The position numbers and the translations under genes are program-made. A stretch of DNA of 64,000 bases from the NCBI GenBank assembly GCA_012295275.1, contig CM022669.1, positions 9,920,001 to 9,984,000 on the forward strand. Direction: 5' to 3'. Of this stretch, positions 61,106-64,000 are shown piece after piece. This stretch comes from Chrysomallon squamiferum. Lineage: Eukaryota > Animalia > Mollusca. The notes beneath the pieces were generated by a model. The model was not told where the DNA came from. It saw nothing but the letters and a program-made list of their open reading frames with translations, and ran no database searches. Each line of letters begins with the position of its first letter. The first letter of the stretch is position 1.

Positions 61106-61404
61106 GTTTATAGAAACATCCATACATGCATACACATTTACATGCCAAACATAGATATATCCACCGACATATATACTTACGTACGTACATATACAAACAT
61201 GTAAGGTTGTCTTGATGGCCGAATGGTAGCGTCTTCCGCCTTCGGAGTCTGCGTGAATGAGTTCCATGCATTCGAGTCTCGTCAGCGGCATCAGACGGGG
61301 TTTGTGAGGCTGTGATTGGACTTTGTCCTCCTGTGCCAGTGTATACCCGAATATTGTCTGTGTATATAAACACACACTCATACGCACGCACACTCTCTCT
61401 CTCA

Positions 61405-61445
<41 letters not shown>

Positions 61446-62303
61446 ACACACACATACAAATACATATACCATACTCGTTCACAAACTCATAACTCAATAG
61501 ACCGTCAAACTGGAACACAGTAGCCAACTATATAATATATGTCATCGATTTCAGTGTGAAGAAAAAAGGAGAAAAAAGAAGACACAAACAGAAAATAAAT
61601 TAGCGATACTATTCAAGGAAAATGTGCAGAAAACTATAAAATCTCATCATATATGCTTCCTATATGATTATGGTATGGCGTTAATTGAATTAATAACAAG
61701 CCATATAGAGGTCGTTAAAGATTAAAGAGGTCACAATAAATCAAACTCAAAGAAACAAGCAGCAAATGGAAGGATTCTGCGACAGACACGCCCCCTGGCT
61801 TTGTCAGAGAGCATGACCACCGCAAGCGTGCTTCACGACAGCTTCCTCTGATTCGCATGTTAATGGGCCGGTTCAGCAATGCGGTTATTTCGAGTTATGT
61901 CCCTTGATTTGTCGTTAGTTGTTTCAGTCAGTCATTCAGTTGAACAAAAAAAACAACAATAAATAAATAATTTAAAAAAAAGATTAAAAAAAAATACAAA
62001 TATAAAAAACATTTTTATTTTTTTCATACTGCAGGTTTAATAATATTCTGATATGAACGTAATTTTGATATCAATGTACAGGTTGAATATAATGGCGAAC
62101 TGAGTCTCGTTATAAGAAATGGATCAATTATATATTTTACATATTTATACATTTGTATATTAATTTACAACCTGAAGTTTATTACATCATTACTTATTTA
62201 ATGAAACAGTAAATAATCGTATTATTATTATTTTTATTACTACTACTACTACTACTTGAAATAAAAATATTTTGCGAAATTTTTTTACAGAAAGACCCCC
62301 CAA

Positions 62304-62365
<62 letters not shown>

Positions 62366-63287
62366 TAATAATAATAAAAGTATCGGTATTAGTCGGAAAC
62401 CAGTGTAGTTCAGAAAATGAATGGTATTTCATCGCAAAAATTAATTAGATAAACCGGCTCGGAACCAGTCAAAAGTGTGTTGATCGCAAGACAAAAAAAC
62501 AAAACAACAAAAAATAAATGTACAGTTTCAAAATTAAAAGTTCAAGCAATAAAGTTGCGTTCGAAGGCTATAGGGTTTAGCGACATTAATACCTGCCATT
62601 GCCATCGTGAATGCACATTTCAAAAATATTATATCGGATTCTGATTTTTTTTTTTAAGTTCTTACTTCCATCCAGTTTTATCTGTAGTGCCAAAAATATG
62701 TTTAACTTGTAGTCTGACATGTTAGATTTTAAATATATTATGGTATATTTATTTTTCTTTTTTTTTCTTTTTTTTCTTGCTACTTCTTCGTTGACATCAT
62801 CCTTGTTGTTATTTCTAGTTATTTTGTTTTTTATCAGTATATAAATCTATCTAAAGGTGATGCAGATTTAGGAAGACAGTGGAGAAGTGTGGATTTTGTC
62901 ATCAGAAAACATTTTCACCAAACTCCTGTGAACCTGTCAGTAAGTTCAGTCAAACTTCACCAAACTCTGTCAGTAAGTTCAAAAACTGAATTTGGTTTTA
63001 ATTTGTATTTATTTATTTATTTATTTTTATTTTTATTTTTTTTTTTTTTATTTTGTTTTGTTGTTAATTTTGAACTTTTTAATATACATTTAGCGACATT
63101 TTATGAGCCAATTAATAACGGAATTAAAAGATAAATATAAAAGTGTATGTTGATTGAAATGTTTTAATAAATAACAATAAAATCATTTACATTTTGAGGT
63201 ACAATAATATAATTATACACCATGAATTACTAGGAAAGTAAACTGATTTAATTATTTAATGAGGATACATAATCGTATCCTATTTAG

Positions 63288-63339
<52 letters not shown>

Positions 63340-63506
63340 GTAAATAATAACTGTAGTATTGTAAACTAAAAATGCTGGAATATAAGAAAAGGTTTTAAGA
63401 TAGTCTAAAAGGTTGTTGGTTTTAGAGTATGATAAAACTACTTGTCCAACCACAAAAATAACATGATTTTATTAAAAAAAATTATATATATTTTTTTTTT
63501 TTTTTT

Positions 63507-63666
<160 letters not shown>

Positions 63667-64000
63667 TGACCATAGGATGGAACAAAAGTAATGACAGTGA
63701 CAATAGTAATAATAACTTTTATTAAAATAATGATGATGTTAAAATATACACATAAAAAAGATAAGTAGAGACTTGAGTGAATTAATTTATTAAGAATATT
63801 AACAAAGTGAAAAACATTTAATTAAATATTATGATTACGGCCATAAGTGTCATACGTTTACCATAAACAGCAATCACATACATACAATCGGAGAGAGAGA
63901 GAGAGAGATTAACAAAAAATAATTATTTTTCAGCTACAAATAATTTTCATTCCTACTGGAGTTATGTCCCTTATTCTAAGAAGACATTTTCCCACGTTAT

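Overview
AT-rich, microsatellite-dense animal genomic DNA, probably from a mollusc or other lophotrochozoan (inferred from gene content and repeat style). It is not prokaryotic, so most ORFs in the supplied track are artefacts of simple repeats. Left two-thirds (6412-39797, minus strand): one complete 7-exon gene that I spliced by hand with phase-compatible GT-AG junctions (1101 nt, 366 aa). It encodes a Dpr/ZIG-8-like two-Ig cell-surface protein and includes two frame-preserving microexons (21 and 24 nt). Its introns contain a Tc1/mariner MITE and a hAT transposase relic. Right third (about 40350-64000): a tandem segmental duplication of about 16.5 kb carrying a birth-and-death cluster of GT31 beta-1,3-galactosyltransferase-like genes with a single coding exon. 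The cluster holds one intact gene (A), one frameshifted gene with an intact catalytic domain (B), one deleted pseudogene (C) and two fragments, one partly inverted. The duplication also copied a 224-bp block upstream of the Ig gene with no differences, and apparently part of an unidentified plus-strand gene. I found no CRISPR array, rRNA or tRNA, and no wholly new system that I can support. The best leads are the altered active-site chemistry of the GT31 clade, a microexon-dependent KR site in the Dpr-like protein, and the identical duplicated regulatory block.
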